The notes below the pieces were generated by a model. It did no database searches. It was given only the letters and a program-made list of their open reading frames with translations, and was not told where the DNA came from. A stretch of 64,000 nt of DNA from Chthonomonas sp. UBA6659 (GTDB lineage: Bacteria; Armatimonadota; Fimbriimonadia; Fimbriimonadales; Fimbriimonadaceae): contig DKKT01000071.1 of NCBI GenBank assembly GCA_002455425.1, positions 214,835-278,834 on the forward strand, written 5' to 3'. A program made the position numbers and the translations under genes. Of this stretch, positions 52,011-62,680 are shown piece after piece (position 1 is the stretch's first letter; each line of letters opens with the position of its first letter).

Positions 52011-52127
52011 CACGGAGCGTAAACGCTGAAATCGAGCCAAGGTTCACTCCCCGGCCATGGAGGGACTTTGGTCCTGCCGACCGTGTCGAACGGAGAGACG
52101 CGCGATCCGGCTCGAAAGTTCGGTCCC

Positions 52128-54263
52128 TCAAAAGCGGTGGCTACCGGCCGCGATCCTGCTCACCTGCCCCTTCCAACGCAGTTCGGCGGGAATCGGAGTG
52201 TCGATCGCCAGCGCACCATCCTCGTAACTCACCTTGAGTTCGCCGTCGAAGTGCGCGATCTTCGCCTCGAAGCGCCGGAGTGAACCGGGTCGTGGTTCGA
52301 TGCGCGCCATACGCCAGCCCTCCGCGATGCTGGTCACCCCCGCCACCAGCTGGAAGAACCCGAGAATCGGGTGGGCCGACCAGGCGTGGCAGTCGCTCCG
52401 CACGGGTTCGGGGTTCTCGGCGAACGTCGTCAGGCCGTTCTCGATCATCTCTTTCCACGGTCCGAGCTCAGCGAGGTAGTCGGTCGGGCGCATCGCAAGG
52501 TGCTTGTAGTACTGGAAGTAGTAGGTGCAGCGCGCCGCTTTCGCGGCCTCGAGCTCCTGCCCCGGCCAGGGATCGGGCTCCAGGCCGACCATCTGCTGGC
52601 AAACCCGGTAGAGCGCTTCCGCATGCTCGGTCGGTGCCTGAGCCGCGTCGCGTTTGTGCCGATGGAGATGCGCCGCCTCAAGGATGTTCGCGGTCAGCTC
52701 GTCGGCATGGATCGTCGCGGTCGCAAACGGTTGGTGGACGAGGAGATCGGCCAGCGCGATCCGCGCCATCAGCTTTGTCAGAAGATGCACGGTCGACGTC
52801 GCTCCGCTCGGCGGCACTCCCATCGGCCATCCCGGAATCCAGTCGGCGAAGTTCCAGTACGTCCGTTGTTGGTCGCCACGAGTCAGCACCCGCCACTCGC
52901 GAATGATCCCGTGAGCCAACTCCTCATGATCGTGCCGATAGGGGGCCCGATCATAGAGCATCTGGTCGTAGAGCATGAGAATCCACCAGAGGCTGAACGG
53001 CGGAATGATCTGAGTCTGCCGGCTCGGGTAGCGACTCTGAGTCAACCCGTTGTCGCGCATCGACCAGCTTAAGGTCTCGATGGCGTTCCGCTGGAGACGT
53101 CGATCGGGCGCAAGGTAGTAGCCGATGAGCGCCTGAATCCGGGTGTCGCCCACGTACTGGAGCTGTTCGTAGTACGGGCAGTCGAAGTAGGTCTCCCCGG
53201 CGCAGCGCGCCGCCGTCCGGAACGCGATGTCCCATATCGGCCGAATCCACGGGTCGTCGCCCTCGAACGTCGAACGGGACTCAAGCGGATAGCCCGTCTC
53301 ATAGGCATCGATCGCTTCCAGGCGGACCGATCCCTCGGCCTTGAGTTGCACATACCGAAACGTCCTCCACCAGAGCGGTTCGAACTCGATGTTCCGATCA
53401 ACCTGAACGACGTCCTGATAGCCTTTGGCGCTCTTTCCGGCCACCTCGTCACGATGGCCCTTGCCTCCGCCCGCGGCCCACAGGCCCTCGTCGTAGGTGA
53501 GCGTGACCTTGCCGTGCCCCGTCAATCGAACTCGAGGGTAAGCGCAAAGCAGCGCTTCGAAATCGAGCATGACCGGGATGGTGAGGTCGACCGGCTCGAA
53601 AACCGTTCGATCGGGCGAAGACGCCACATCGCCCTGGAATCCGCGCCGCCGAACAGGGGGCTTCGCGCGTCGCTCGTACTGCATCATCGGAAGTGTTCGG
53701 GGAACGAGCATCCACGGCGTACCTCCGGTCAGGGCTCCTCGGTCGACCGCGCCCGCGATGCCGTGGGGTTTGCGCCAAGCCCGCTCCGCTTCCGGACCGT
53801 GGATCTCGCCCGGTCCGACGTCGATGTAAAACTCGCCGACCCCGGCGTGCATCATCGCAAAATCGATCTCGTCCATCCGGGCGATCTCCCACGTGCCCGG
53901 AGTCGAGAGCCCGGCAACATCACCCTCAAGCACCTCGCAGACGAACCCGGTACGGGCCGTATGTTGGGCCATCGGTGCCAATCGCCCGAAGTTCCAGACG
54001 ACCGCCTCCAGGACGTTCTCCCCCGCGACGAGGGTGAGCGGATAGGTCTCATAGAACCAATGATCGAGGTCGCCGCGCTGGGGGCCGAAGCCGATCATGC
54101 TGCCATTCAAGTACAGCTTGTATCGCTGATCCGCGGAGACGCGAATCCGTACCGGCTTTGTGGCCGTGAAACGACAGCGGTACAGAAAGGCACCGAGTTC
54201 GGTTCGTGGATCGTTCTCCGGTCCGATCCACTGGGCATTCCAATGAGGGGCTCGTTCCTCCAT
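52128..54263 (-). CDS. glycoside hydrolase, alpha-L-rhamnosidase (GH78)-like
   Basis: 711 aa. N-terminal …WNAQWIGPEN… and length/organisation consistent with a six-hairpin GH78 enzyme. Family assignment is from memory of motifs only. Confidence 0.45.
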   Translation of the reverse strand: MEERAPHWNAQWIGPENDPRTELGAFLYRCRFTATKPVRIRVSADQRYKLYLNGSMIGFGPQRGDLDHWFYETYPLTLVAGENVLEAVVWNFGRLAPMAQHTARTGFVCEVLEGDVAGLSTPGTWEIARMDEIDFAMMHAGVGEFYIDVGPGEIHGPEAERAWRKPHGIAGAVDRGALTGGTPWMLVPRTLPMMQYERRAKPPVRRRGFQGDVASSPDRTVFEPVDLTIPVMLDFEALLCAYPRVRLTGHGKVTLTYDEGLWAAGGGKGHRDEVAGKSAKGYQDVVQVDRNIEFEPLWWRTFRYVQLKAEGSVRLEAIDAYETGYPLESRSTFEGDDPWIRPIWDIAFRTAARCAGETYFDCPYYEQLQYVGDTRIQALIGYYLAPDRRLQRNAIETLSWSMRDNGLTQSRYPSRQTQIIPPFSLWWILMLYDQMLYDRAPYRHDHEELAHGIIREWRVLTRGDQQRTYWNFADWIPGWPMGVPPSGATSTVHLLTKLMARIALADLLVHQPFATATIHADELTANILEAAHLHRHKRDAAQAPTEHAEALYRVCQQMVGLEPDPWPGQELEAAKAARCTYYFQYYKHLAMRPTDYLAELGPWKEMIENGLTTFAENPEPVRSDCHAWSAHPILGFFQLVAGVTSIAEGWRMARIEPRPGSLRRFEAKIAHFDGELKVSYEDGALAIDTPIPAELRWKGQVSRIAAGSHRF

Positions 54264-54290
54264 AGGGCCGGATTATGACGGTATGGTGAC

Positions 54291-55121
54291 GTGGTGAGCG
54301 ACACCATCCGCCTTGCTTGTTGTCAACTGAACGTCACCTTCGGCGATCCGATCGCCAATGCCGGGCAAGCCGTCGCCCAGCTCGTCGATCTTGCACGACG
54401 CGATGTGCAACTCGCCGTGTTTCCGGAGTGCTACTTGACGGGGTACTGCGTTCGCTCACTCGAGGCCGCGCAGGCCATCGCAATCGCGACCGACCACGTC
54501 GCGCTCAAGGAAATCCGTACCGCCTCACAAGAAACCGGGTGTCTGGCCATCGTCGGATTTGCCGAGCGGCACCCGGATGGCTCGGTCTCGAACTCCGCGG
54601 CACTGTTCGAGCCCGGCTCCCCGCCCCGCTTCTATCGCAAGAGCCACCTGCCATTCCTCGGGCTCGATCGATTCGTCACACCGGGCGACGCTCTCGATGT
54701 CTTCGAGACCGCGATCGGCCGGATTGGCATCCTCATCTGCTACGACCAGCGCGCTCCGGAGCCGGCTCGAGTTCTCGCGCTCAAGGGTGCCGACGTGATC
54801 GTCCTTCCCACGAACTGGCCAGTAGGGGCGGAAACGTCCGCGGAGGTCGTTGCCCCGACCCGCGCCGCTGAAAACCGTGTCTTCTATGCTGCATGCAACA
54901 GAACCGGGACCGAGCATGGATTCACGTTCATCGGACGAAGCGGCATCTATGACCCGGTGGGTACGGCGTTGGCGCGTGCCGAAGACGGAGAGGCCGTTCT
55001 CATCGCCGATCTCGACCTCGCCCAGGCACGATCGAAACGAACCGTGAACATTCCCGGCGAATACGAAATGGCGATCTTCGATTCACGACGCCCCGAGCTT
55101 TACGGACGGATCGTCGAGTAG
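54291..55121 (+). CDS. carbon-nitrogen hydrolase family protein (nitrilase/amidase superfamily)
   Basis: Glu-Lys-Cys triad contexts (…AVFPECYLTGY…, …RKSHL…, …ILICYD…). Confidence 0.75.
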   Translation: MVSDTIRLACCQLNVTFGDPIANAGQAVAQLVDLARRDVQLAVFPECYLTGYCVRSLEAAQAIAIATDHVALKEIRTASQETGCLAIVGFAERHPDGSVSNSAALFEPGSPPRFYRKSHLPFLGLDRFVTPGDALDVFETAIGRIGILICYDQRAPEPARVLALKGADVIVLPTNWPVGAETSAEVVAPTRAAENRVFYAACNRTGTEHGFTFIGRSGIYDPVGTALARAEDGEAVLIADLDLAQARSKRTVNIPGEYEMAIFDSRRPELYGRIVE

Positions 55122-55126
55122 CGAGC

Positions 55127-55534
55127 TCACGCGGCGAACTGGCGAAGCATCCCTACCAGGTAACCCCGAGTGTCTTCGCGGTCGAGCCCCCGGAGGAGCT
55201 CATCGCCGGCCTCCTCAGCCGTGCTGAACTCGCGGATCGTGTCTCCGTCGAGGTCGAGGGAGACGGGCGTTCCCTCCAGGGGGACGTAGAAGCGACACAG
55301 CACGTGCTCGAACCGCTGTGCCTGATTCGTCAGCACAAGCCGAAACTGCTGCCCGTACTGGGTTTGAAATCCGGGCTCCAATCGAACAAGGGCATCGGCT
55401 GAGGCGATTTGGAGCGCCTGCTCGATGGCTTCGCGGAGTCGATTGATTGCGGCCAAGGCCTTCTGGAACGGAGTCTCGGGTGCCGCCCGCAGGTTTTCGC
55501 GAAATCGCTCAAGTCCGTCGCCCGGTGTCATCAC
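55127..55534 (-). CDS. hypothetical protein
   Basis: 135 aa ORF, start-coupled to the upstream EEP gene. No recognised motif. Confidence 0.35.
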   Translation of the reverse strand: MMTPGDGLERFRENLRAAPETPFQKALAAINRLREAIEQALQIASADALVRLEPGFQTQYGQQFRLVLTNQAQRFEHVLCRFYVPLEGTPVSLDLDGDTIREFSTAEEAGDELLRGLDREDTRGYLVGMLRQFAA

Positions 55535-55535
55535 T

Positions 55536-56546
55536 CTATGGTATCAGGATTTCCACGAGAATCGGAAGGTGATCGGAGGCTCCGACACCTACATTTCCGT
55601 CGAACTGCCAGGGAACGGGCACCCATTCGCCGAGACCGTCGAGAGCCGCAAAAGGATGGGAAGCCGCATATTCGAGTGACCGCTCCTTGAGCCTCGGGCC
55701 CACTCCATCGATCAGACTGCGACTCACGATGACATGGTCGAATTGGATCGGCCGGCCCCCAACCGATTTCTCGATCGCCACCGATCCCCGACCCTCGAGG
55801 AACGAGCCGGTTGCTCTCGAAGCCCGATACGCAGGGCCGCGGTCTTCTGCATACCCGGCTTCCGCTCCCAGTCTCCATGAAGCACCGTAGAGCGTGGCTT
55901 TCCGCTTGAGTGCGTCCCGATGCGTGCTGTTCACGGCGAAATCGGCTTGGACGAAGACTTGTTCCTGCGGTTCGGCATTCATATCGCCAACCACCACGGT
56001 GCCGATCCCCTTTTGTTCCGCATCCAAAATTCGTGGGCTCAATTCGCGGGCAGCGATCTCTCTTTGGAGGGCACCCTTCGGACCCTGCATTCGGCTTGGC
56101 CAATGACAGACAGCGAGCCTCAGTCTTTGCTGATTTCGTGTGACTTCTGCCAAGACGGTGCGGGGTCTCCCTCTTCCTGTCCGGTCGGCCCACAAACGCG
56201 AAACCGTCGTTCTTTGCGCGTCAAACCCGATCCCGATCCCAAAGTCTGCGCTCGGTGGTGAGCCACCCGGCTCGAAAAGCACCGACTCGTCCCGTCCGAA
56301 GACCCGACGAACGAGGTCACGTGCCAATCGGTCGTTCTGGACCTCGCAGAAAGCAAAGAGATCCGGCCCCTGGCCCGCGAACCATGACCGCGCACACGCC
56401 GCGATACGATCCAGCTTGGCATCCAACTCAGCGACGCTCTGCGGACCTCGCTCCTTTGAGCCGGCTTCGAACAGGTTCGAGAGATTCCAGAACCCTAAGC
56501 GGATTTCAGCCACGCCTCCAGTATGGTGCCCGCCACCCCTGGACAT
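55536..56546 (-). CDS. endonuclease/exonuclease/phosphatase (EEP) family protein
   Basis: …GFWNLSNLFE… N-terminal and …GASDHLPILVEI C-terminal EEP motifs. Start uncertain (56546 or 56639); the track ORF to 56855 overlaps rplC and is rejected. Confidence 0.55.
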   Translation of the reverse strand: MSRGGGHHTGGVAEIRLGFWNLSNLFEAGSKERGPQSVAELDAKLDRIAACARSWFAGQGPDLFAFCEVQNDRLARDLVRRVFGRDESVLFEPGGSPPSADFGIGIGFDAQRTTVSRLWADRTGRGRPRTVLAEVTRNQQRLRLAVCHWPSRMQGPKGALQREIAARELSPRILDAEQKGIGTVVVGDMNAEPQEQVFVQADFAVNSTHRDALKRKATLYGASWRLGAEAGYAEDRGPAYRASRATGSFLEGRGSVAIEKSVGGRPIQFDHVIVSRSLIDGVGPRLKERSLEYAASHPFAALDGLGEWVPVPWQFDGNVGVGASDHLPILVEILIP

Positions 56547-56772
56547 CGCCGTGAGGACGCGGGTATGATTCCCTCTTGCCGATCGAATGAATCGATCGAG
56601 CCCGACCGGCTTCGAGCCACGTCGCTGCCGACCCGACATCCGGGCAACGGCTCTTCCAGGCGACGACTGAGCACGTGAAGCTGAGCGGTAACGGCGTTTT
56701 CGCAAAGCGCTCGTGCGTGCGTCCCCTTTGGGCTGTGCGCGGGGCGGGTTTGCATGCCACCAAGGAGAAACG

Positions 56773-57417
56773 ATGCTGCCGGGAATTCTCGGAACGAAAA
56801 TCGGGATGACACACCTCTTCAATGAAGAGGGCAAGATGGTGACGGTCACGGTCATTCAGGCCGGGCCGGTCTTCGTCACGCAAATCAAGTCGGACGTCGA
56901 GCGTGACAATGGAAAGTCGGATGGCTACAACGCAGTCCAAGTGGGCTACGGCGACCAGAGCGATAAGCATCTGACCTTCCCCAAGTTCGGTCACTTGAAG
57001 AAGGCCGGGCTCGATCACAACCTCAGGACCCTCCGCGAGTTTCGCGTCGACGACACCAGTCCGTTTTCACTCGGCCAAGAGATCAAAGCCGACATCTTCG
57101 AAGCGGGCCAGCAGGTCACGGTCACCGGAATCAGCAAAGGACGTGGATTCGCAGGAGGCGTGAAGCGGTACGGCTTCGCCGGCCAGCACATGACCCACGG
57201 CTACATGACGCACCGCCGACCGCTCGCGAGCGGCGCGACCGGCCCCCAGCGCGTTTTCAAAGGAACCCGCAAGCCCGGCCGGATGGGCGGTGACACCGTC
57301 ACCCAGAAGGGCCTCAAGATCGTCAAGATCGATGTCGAGCGCAACCTGATCCTCGTGGACGGCAGCGTCCCCGGAGCGAACGGCTCCCTGGTCACGATCA
57401 ACAAGGTGGGCAAGTAA
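56773..57417 (+). CDS. rplC: 50S ribosomal protein L3
   Basis: RBS aaggagaaa. MLPGILGTKIGMTHLFNEEGK…. Confidence 0.95.
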   Translation: MLPGILGTKIGMTHLFNEEGKMVTVTVIQAGPVFVTQIKSDVERDNGKSDGYNAVQVGYGDQSDKHLTFPKFGHLKKAGLDHNLRTLREFRVDDTSPFSLGQEIKADIFEAGQQVTVTGISKGRGFAGGVKRYGFAGQHMTHGYMTHRRPLASGATGPQRVFKGTRKPGRMGGDTVTQKGLKIVKIDVERNLILVDGSVPGANGSLVTINKVGK

Positions 57418-58079
57418 TGGCGCAGCTCGAAGTCAAGAATCTTCAAGGCAAGGCCGTCGGCAAAGTCGATGTCGTCGATGCCATCGCCAAGGCGGAGCCG
57501 AGTTCGGCCCTGCTCCATCGCGCGGTCGTCGCCGAGGAGGCGAACAGTCGCCAAGGCACCCAAAGCGCGAAGACCCGATCCGAGGTCCGAGGCGGTGGCC
57601 GCAAGCCCTACCGGCAGAAGAAGACCGGTAACGCCCGACAGGGTTCGATCCGGTCCCCGCACTACCGGCACGGAGGCATGGCGCTCGCCGTCAAGCCGCG
57701 CGACTACGACAAGAAGGTCAACAAGAAAGAGCGACGGGCCGCGATTCTCGGAGCTTTCGCCGCACACCTGACGGCCGGCAATGTCGTCGCCGTCGACAAG
57801 ATCGCGTTCGACGCCCCGAAGACGAAGAACGCTCAGGCGTTCCTCGCCGCCCTCGGACTTTCCGAGACTCGCCGAATCCTCGTCGTACTCCCGCAGTACG
57901 ACGAAGTTGCTTATAAGAGCTTCCGGAACCTCCCGAACGTGGTGGTTCGCACCGCGCCGAGTGTCGGAGAAACTCCCGACAAGAGCGTGACCTTCTCGAC
58001 CCGCGACGTCCTCGTTGCCCACAAGATCGTGGTCGCCCAGGACGCTCTCGCGAAGATGCAGGAGGCCTGGACGAAATGA
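57417..58079 (+). CDS. rplD: 50S ribosomal protein L4
   Basis: …GGGRKPYRQKKTGNARQGSIRSPHYRHGG…. Confidence 0.95.
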   Translation: MAQLEVKNLQGKAVGKVDVVDAIAKAEPSSALLHRAVVAEEANSRQGTQSAKTRSEVRGGGRKPYRQKKTGNARQGSIRSPHYRHGGMALAVKPRDYDKKVNKKERRAAILGAFAAHLTAGNVVAVDKIAFDAPKTKNAQAFLAALGLSETRRILVVLPQYDEVAYKSFRNLPNVVVRTAPSVGETPDKSVTFSTRDVLVAHKIVVAQDALAKMQEAWTK

Positions 58080-58426
58080 AGAGCCCCTACCAGATCATTC
58101 TGCGACCGATCATCACCGAGAAGTCGGTGGCGCTGAGCTATGGCGATGTGCGAGTCCGCGAGGACGACGATCAGGTCCATACCTACACGTTCGAAGTCGC
58201 CCCGGACGCGAACAAGATCGAGATCAAGGCCGCGCTCGAAGCCATCTACAACGAGGGCAAGAAGGGTAAGGACGACAAGATCGAAGTCACGCGGGTCCGC
58301 ACGCTGATCCTCAAGGGCAAGAGCCGACGCGTCGGCCATTCCCGCCCGAAGGGTAAGCGGCCCGATCGTAAGAAGGCGATGATCACGCTCGCCAGGGGCC
58401 AAATCCTCGAGGATTACGGAGTCTAA
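58076..58426 (+). CDS. rplW: 50S ribosomal protein L23
   Basis: [17 protein letters not shown]…. Confidence 0.9.
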   Translation: MKSPYQIILRPIITEKSVALSYGDVRVREDDDQVHTYTFEVAPDANKIEIKAALEAIYNEGKKGKDDKIEVTRVRTLILKGKSRRVGHSRPKGKRPDRKKAMITLARGQILEDYGV

Positions 58427-58428
58427 CC

Positions 58429-59262
58429 ATGCCGACGAAACGATTGAAGCCCACTTCGCCGGGACGACGACACCAGATCGTCTCGACTTATGCGGAAGTC
58501 ACCAAGGACAAGCCGGAAAAGTCGTTGCTCAAGGCCCGACCGAAGTCGGGAGGACGCAACTTCAGCGGGCGCCTGACGATCGCGAACCGCGGTGGCGGCA
58601 ACAAGCGCCGGTACCGCATGATCGACTTCAAGCGCAACAAGGACGGGATCGAGGCCAAGGTCGCGGCGATCGAATACGATCCGAACCGAACCTGCCGCAT
58701 CGCGCTCCTCCACTATCTCGACGGCGAAAAGCGATACATCCTTGCGCCGAAGGGACTGGCGGTGGGTACCCGCGTGCAAAGCGGGGTCGGCTCCGACATC
58801 CTCCCCGGCAACTGTCTTCCTCTCAAGAACATCCCGCTCGGTACGCTCGTGCACAACGTCGAGCTCCAGCCGGGTCGCGGCGGCCAGATGGTTCGGTCTG
58901 CAGGCACCGCAGCCCAGGTAATGGCGAAGGAAGGCGACTACGTCACCCTCCGCCTCCCCAGTGGCGAGATGCGCCGCGTCCACTGCGAGTGTCGCGCCAC
59001 CGTCGGTGAAGTCGGCAACGCCGAACATGAGAACGAACAGCTCGGCAAGGCTGGAAAGGCCCGTGGCAAAGGCCGCAAGCCCCACGTCCGAGGCGTCGTC
59101 AAGTCCCCGCGCGATCACCCCCACGGTGGTGGTGAAGCCAAATCGCCGATCGGACGCAAGAAGGGTCCTGTCGACCGATGGGGCAACAAGGCGCTCGGAA
59201 AGCGCACCCGCTCGAATAAGCGCACGGATCGATTCATCGTACGGAGACGCAAAACGAACTAA
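58429..59262 (+). CDS. rplB: 50S ribosomal protein L2
   Basis: …[22 protein letters not shown]… …[19 protein letters not shown]…. Confidence 0.95.
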   Translation: MPTKRLKPTSPGRRHQIVSTYAEVTKDKPEKSLLKARPKSGGRNFSGRLTIANRGGGNKRRYRMIDFKRNKDGIEAKVAAIEYDPNRTCRIALLHYLDGEKRYILAPKGLAVGTRVQSGVGSDILPGNCLPLKNIPLGTLVHNVELQPGRGGQMVRSAGTAAQVMAKEGDYVTLRLPSGEMRRVHCECRATVGEVGNAEHENEQLGKAGKARGKGRKPHVRGVVKSPRDHPHGGGEAKSPIGRKKGPVDRWGNKALGKRTRSNKRTDRFIVRRRKTN

Positions 59263-59310
59263 CGGAGTGTGGGCCCCCAGGCCCCCTCCCGACCGAGAGA
59301 CACACAACGC

Positions 59311-59598
59311 ATGGCGAGAAGCATCAAAAAAGGGTTCTTCGTGGACGATCACCTTCTCAAGAAGGTGGACGAGATGAACGAGAAGGGCGAAAAGCGACTG
59401 ATCAAAACTTGGTCGCGACGCAGCACGATCATCCCGGACATGATCGGCCACACGTTTGCCGTTCACGACGGGCAGAAGCACATTCCGGTCTTCGTGACCG
59501 AAAACATGATCGGCCACAAGCTCGGCGAATTCGCCCCGACCCGGCGGTATCGCGGGCACGGTGGCGTGATCCCCGACCGCGGAACGAGGCTCCGATAG
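59311..59598 (+). CDS. rpsS: 30S ribosomal protein S19
   Basis: [19 protein letters not shown]… ATG at 59311 chosen. Confidence 0.95.
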   Translation: MARSIKKGFFVDDHLLKKVDEMNEKGEKRLIKTWSRRSTIIPDMIGHTFAVHDGQKHIPVFVTENMIGHKLGEFAPTRRYRGHGGVIPDRGTRLR

Positions 59599-59650
59599 GG
59601 GGCCGTCAGGTACAATCCGAAGCCTTGCGCGACCGAAGACCAGTACGACG

Positions 59651-60304
59651 ATGGAAGTAAGAGCAATCGCAAAGTTTGTCCGGGTACAGCCCCGCAAAGT
59701 TCGTCTCGTGGCGAATGAAGTGAAGGGTAAGCCCGCCGTGATGTCGGCCCATGTGCTCGGGTTTCACCCGAGTAAGGGCGCCTATGCCCTGCGCAAGGTT
59801 CTGGTGAGCGCGATCGCGAATGCCGCCGAAAACCATGGCATCTCTGGAGAGAACCTCCGCATTGCGGAGATTCGGGTCGATGAGGGTCCTCGTCTCAAGC
59901 GCATCGAACAGCGCGCGATGGGACGCGGCAATCGAATCCAGAAGCGGATGAGCCACATCACCGTCGTCGTCGAGGACTACGATCCGGCGGCCCCCGTCAA
60001 GCCGCATGGAACCAAGGCGAAGAGCCGACCGAAGTTCGATGCTCCGAAGAAGGGCAAGAAGACCGAAGCGAAGGTCGCTGCGCCGGCCGAAGAAACGCCG
60101 GCCGACGCGACGCCGGTCGAGGAAGTCGTGGCCGTGGAAGAGTCCGCTCCTGTCGAGGAAGCGAGCGCGATCGAAGAGACGGCTGTCGCTGAAGAGTCTG
60201 TGACGGAACCGGCTCCGGCCGAAGAAGCGCCGGTGGCTGAAGAAGCTCCGGTCGAAGCCGCGAAGGCGGACGACGCCCCTGCGGACGAAGAGAAGAAGGA
60301 CTAG
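59651..60304 (+). CDS. rplV: 50S ribosomal protein L22 with ~100-aa Ala/Glu/Pro/Val-rich C-terminal extension
   Basis: L22 core to ~residue 115, then a low-complexity acidic tail (…AAPAEETPADATPVEEVVAVEESAPVEEA…). Confidence 0.9.
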   Translation: MEVRAIAKFVRVQPRKVRLVANEVKGKPAVMSAHVLGFHPSKGAYALRKVLVSAIANAAENHGISGENLRIAEIRVDEGPRLKRIEQRAMGRGNRIQKRMSHITVVVEDYDPAAPVKPHGTKAKSRPKFDAPKKGKKTEAKVAAPAEETPADATPVEEVVAVEESAPVEEASAIEETAVAEESVTEPAPAEEAPVAEEAPVEAAKADDAPADEEKKD

Positions 60305-60333
60305 CACGCGGTAGGAAGTAGAGGAAACAAACC

Positions 60334-61125
60334 TTGGGTCAGAAAATTCATCCTGTTGGTTTTCGAATCGGAGTGATCCGTGGCTGGGATAGCCACTGGT
60401 TCTACGATAAGAAGGGCTATTCGCTTGCGCTCAAGTCGGATCACGACATTCGTGAGTTCATCCGAAAGCGCGTCGGCACGGGCAACGTCTCCCGTGTCGA
60501 GATCGAGCGCGCCGCGAACCGCGTGAAGGTCACGATCTTCACCGCGCGGCCCGGCGCGATCATCGGACGCGGCGGCAAAGGTATCGACGAACTCACCGAT
60601 CAGCTGAACCGGATGGTCCGCAAGGCCGATCCGACCTCGGTCGTTCAAGTCAACGTCACCGAAGTACGCCAACCCGAGCTCGACGCTCAACTCGTGGCTG
60701 AGGGCATCGCCCAACAGCTCGAAAAGCGTGTTTCCCATCGGCGGGCGATGCGGCAAGCGATGACCCGGTGCTTGCGCAACAACGGGCGCGGCATCAAGGT
60801 CGAAGTCTCCGGTCGCCTCAACGGGGCGGAAATCGCCCGAACCGAGAAGGACAAGGTCGGCAAGATCCCGCTTCACACCCTCCGCGCAGACATCGACTAC
60901 GGTTTCGCTACCGCGTTCACGATCTACGGAACCGTCGGGATCAAAGTCTGGGTCTACAAGGGCGAAGTGCTCCCCGAGCGCCAGCGCGCGGCCGAAGCCG
61001 CGGCGGCCGCGGCACCTCGCCGCCGCGTCGAGAGCGCCCCTGCCGCCCCCACCGAGCCGACCCCGGCCTCCGAAACCCCGGCTCCCGCACCCACTCAGGA
61101 GGAAACCGCCCATGTTGATGCCTAA
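60334..61125 (+). CDS. rpsC: 30S ribosomal protein S3 with Ala/Pro-rich C-terminal tail
   Basis: [23 protein letters not shown]… KH and S3-C domains. Confidence 0.95.
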   Translation: MGQKIHPVGFRIGVIRGWDSHWFYDKKGYSLALKSDHDIREFIRKRVGTGNVSRVEIERAANRVKVTIFTARPGAIIGRGGKGIDELTDQLNRMVRKADPTSVVQVNVTEVRQPELDAQLVAEGIAQQLEKRVSHRRAMRQAMTRCLRNNGRGIKVEVSGRLNGAEIARTEKDKVGKIPLHTLRADIDYGFATAFTIYGTVGIKVWVYKGEVLPERQRAAEAAAAAAPRRRVESAPAAPTEPTPASETPAPAPTQEETAHVDA

Positions 61126-61774
61126 GCGCGTCAAGCACCGCAAACAGCATCGCGGCCGGATGCGCGGCCTCGCCACCCGAGGCAACATGATCGACTTCGG
61201 CGATTTCGGGATCATGGCCCTGGAGCCGTGCTGGGTGACCAGTCGACAGATCGAAGCGGCCCGTATCGCGATGACCCGACACATCAAGCGTGGCGGTCAG
61301 GTCTGGATTCGCATCTTCCCGGATAAGCCAATCACCAAGAAGCCCCTCGAACAGCGAATGGGCAAAGGAAAAGCGCCGGTCGAGGGATGGGTCGCCGTCG
61401 TCAAGCCGGGTCGGATTCTGTTCGAGATGGACGGAGTACCGGTCGATGTCGCCCGAGAAGCCATGCGCCTCGCCATCCACAAGCTTCCGATGGCCTGCAA
61501 ATTCGTGACACGAGCCGACTTTGCCCAGGGCAACCCGCTCGAGGCGAAGAAGCTCGTGGCGCGACACGGCCAGGAGTTTGTGAACCAGCTCTTCGCAGGC
61601 AAGGATGGCGGCGAGAAGCCCGCGCCCAAGGCCCAAGCCGCAGCCAAACCGGCTCCGGTGGTGGCCGACGAGCCGGCGCCGGCCGAAGAGCCGGTGGTGG
61701 AAGAAGTGATGGTCGTGGAGGACGAAGTCCCGACCCAAGAGACGACGGTGGAGACCGAAGGCGAGAACGCCTAA
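61112..61774 (+). CDS. rplP: 50S ribosomal protein L16 with ~80-aa Ala/Pro/Glu-rich C-terminal extension
   Basis: [19 protein letters not shown]… L16 core ~138 aa, then a low-complexity tail. Confidence 0.9.
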   Translation: MLMPKRVKHRKQHRGRMRGLATRGNMIDFGDFGIMALEPCWVTSRQIEAARIAMTRHIKRGGQVWIRIFPDKPITKKPLEQRMGKGKAPVEGWVAVVKPGRILFEMDGVPVDVAREAMRLAIHKLPMACKFVTRADFAQGNPLEAKKLVARHGQEFVNQLFAGKDGGEKPAPKAQAAAKPAPVVADEPAPAEEPVVEEVMVVEDEVPTQETTVETEGENA

Positions 61775-61790
61775 GAGGATTGACGACTCG

Positions 61791-62000
61791 ATGAAGGATT
61801 TGAAGGCTTCGGAACTGAGAGAAAAGAGCGTTCCCGATCTGGAGGGATTGCTCGACAAAGAGCGCGCGGACCTCTACAAGGCTCGCCGCGATCTGGTGTT
61901 CCGCCAGATCACCGACACCGCCGGACTCAAGGTCCGACGACACAACATCGCAAGGATTCTGACCGTGATCGAAGAGAAGAAAAAGGGTTCCCAAGCATGA
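61791..62000 (+). CDS. rpmC: 50S ribosomal protein L29
   Basis: [39 protein letters not shown]…. Confidence 0.9.
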   Translation: MKDLKASELREKSVPDLEGLLDKERADLYKARRDLVFRQITDTAGLKVRRHNIARILTVIEEKKKGSQA

Positions 62001-62269
62001 GCGAAAAGACGACGAGCATGCAGCGCGGCCGACGCAAGCTCCGATTGGGGCTGGTCGTCTCCAACAAGATGCAGAAGACCGTCGTGGTGAAGGTCGAGCG
62101 ACGCATCCAACACCCGCTGTACGGCAAAACCGTGTTGCGCAGTGAGCGATTCAAAGCTCACGACGACTTCAGTTGCGATGTGGGCGACACCGTGGAAATC
62201 ATGGAGACGCGCCCCATCAGCAAGGAGAAGCGCTGGCGCGTCACCCGGATCGTCGAGAAGGTGAAGTAA
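61997..62269 (+). CDS. rpsQ: 30S ribosomal protein S17
   Basis: …[33 protein letters not shown]…. Confidence 0.9.
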   Translation: MSEKTTSMQRGRRKLRLGLVVSNKMQKTVVVKVERRIQHPLYGKTVLRSERFKAHDDFSCDVGDTVEIMETRPISKEKRWRVTRIVEKVK

Positions 62270-62307
62270 GAACCCGCCTTCGTTCCGCATGAAGTGAAAA
62301 AACCGAC

Positions 62308-62679
62308 ATGATACAGCAATTCTCTCGACTGAAAGTCGCCGACAACTCGGGTGCACGCGAAGTAATGTGCATCCGCGTTTTGAAAGGCTCCCAGCCGCGC
62401 TACGGCGGCGTGGGCGATCTCATCGTCGGTTCCGTCAAGGCCGCGACCCCGAACATGCCCGTCAAGAAGGGCGACGTCGTCAAGGCCGTCATCGTCCGGA
62501 CCCGGAAGCCGATCCGACGCCTTGATGGAAGCACCCTGCGATTCGATGACAACGCCTGCGTCGTCATCAACCCGACGAACATGGAACCGCGCGGAACGCG
62601 CATCTTCGGACCGGTCGCGCGTGAACTCCGCGATGCGAACTTCATGAAGATCGTCTCGCTTGCTCCGGAGGTCCTCTAA
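62308..62679 (+). CDS. rplN: 50S ribosomal protein L14
   Basis: [28 protein letters not shown]…. Confidence 0.95.
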   Translation: MIQQFSRLKVADNSGAREVMCIRVLKGSQPRYGGVGDLIVGSVKAATPNMPVKKGDVVKAVIVRTRKPIRRLDGSTLRFDDNACVVINPTNMEPRGTRIFGPVARELRDANFMKIVSLAPEVL

Positions 62680-62680
62680 C

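Noticed and set aside
56547-56855. Extension of the EEP-family ORF into the rplC start region
   Set aside because: Would overlap rplC and its RBS. EEP homology begins well downstream, so an internal start is chosen.
58423-59697. 424-aa and other long minus-strand ORFs across the ribosomal operon (also 62642..63739, 60301..61287)
   Set aside because: Antisense to universally conserved ribosomal protein genes.
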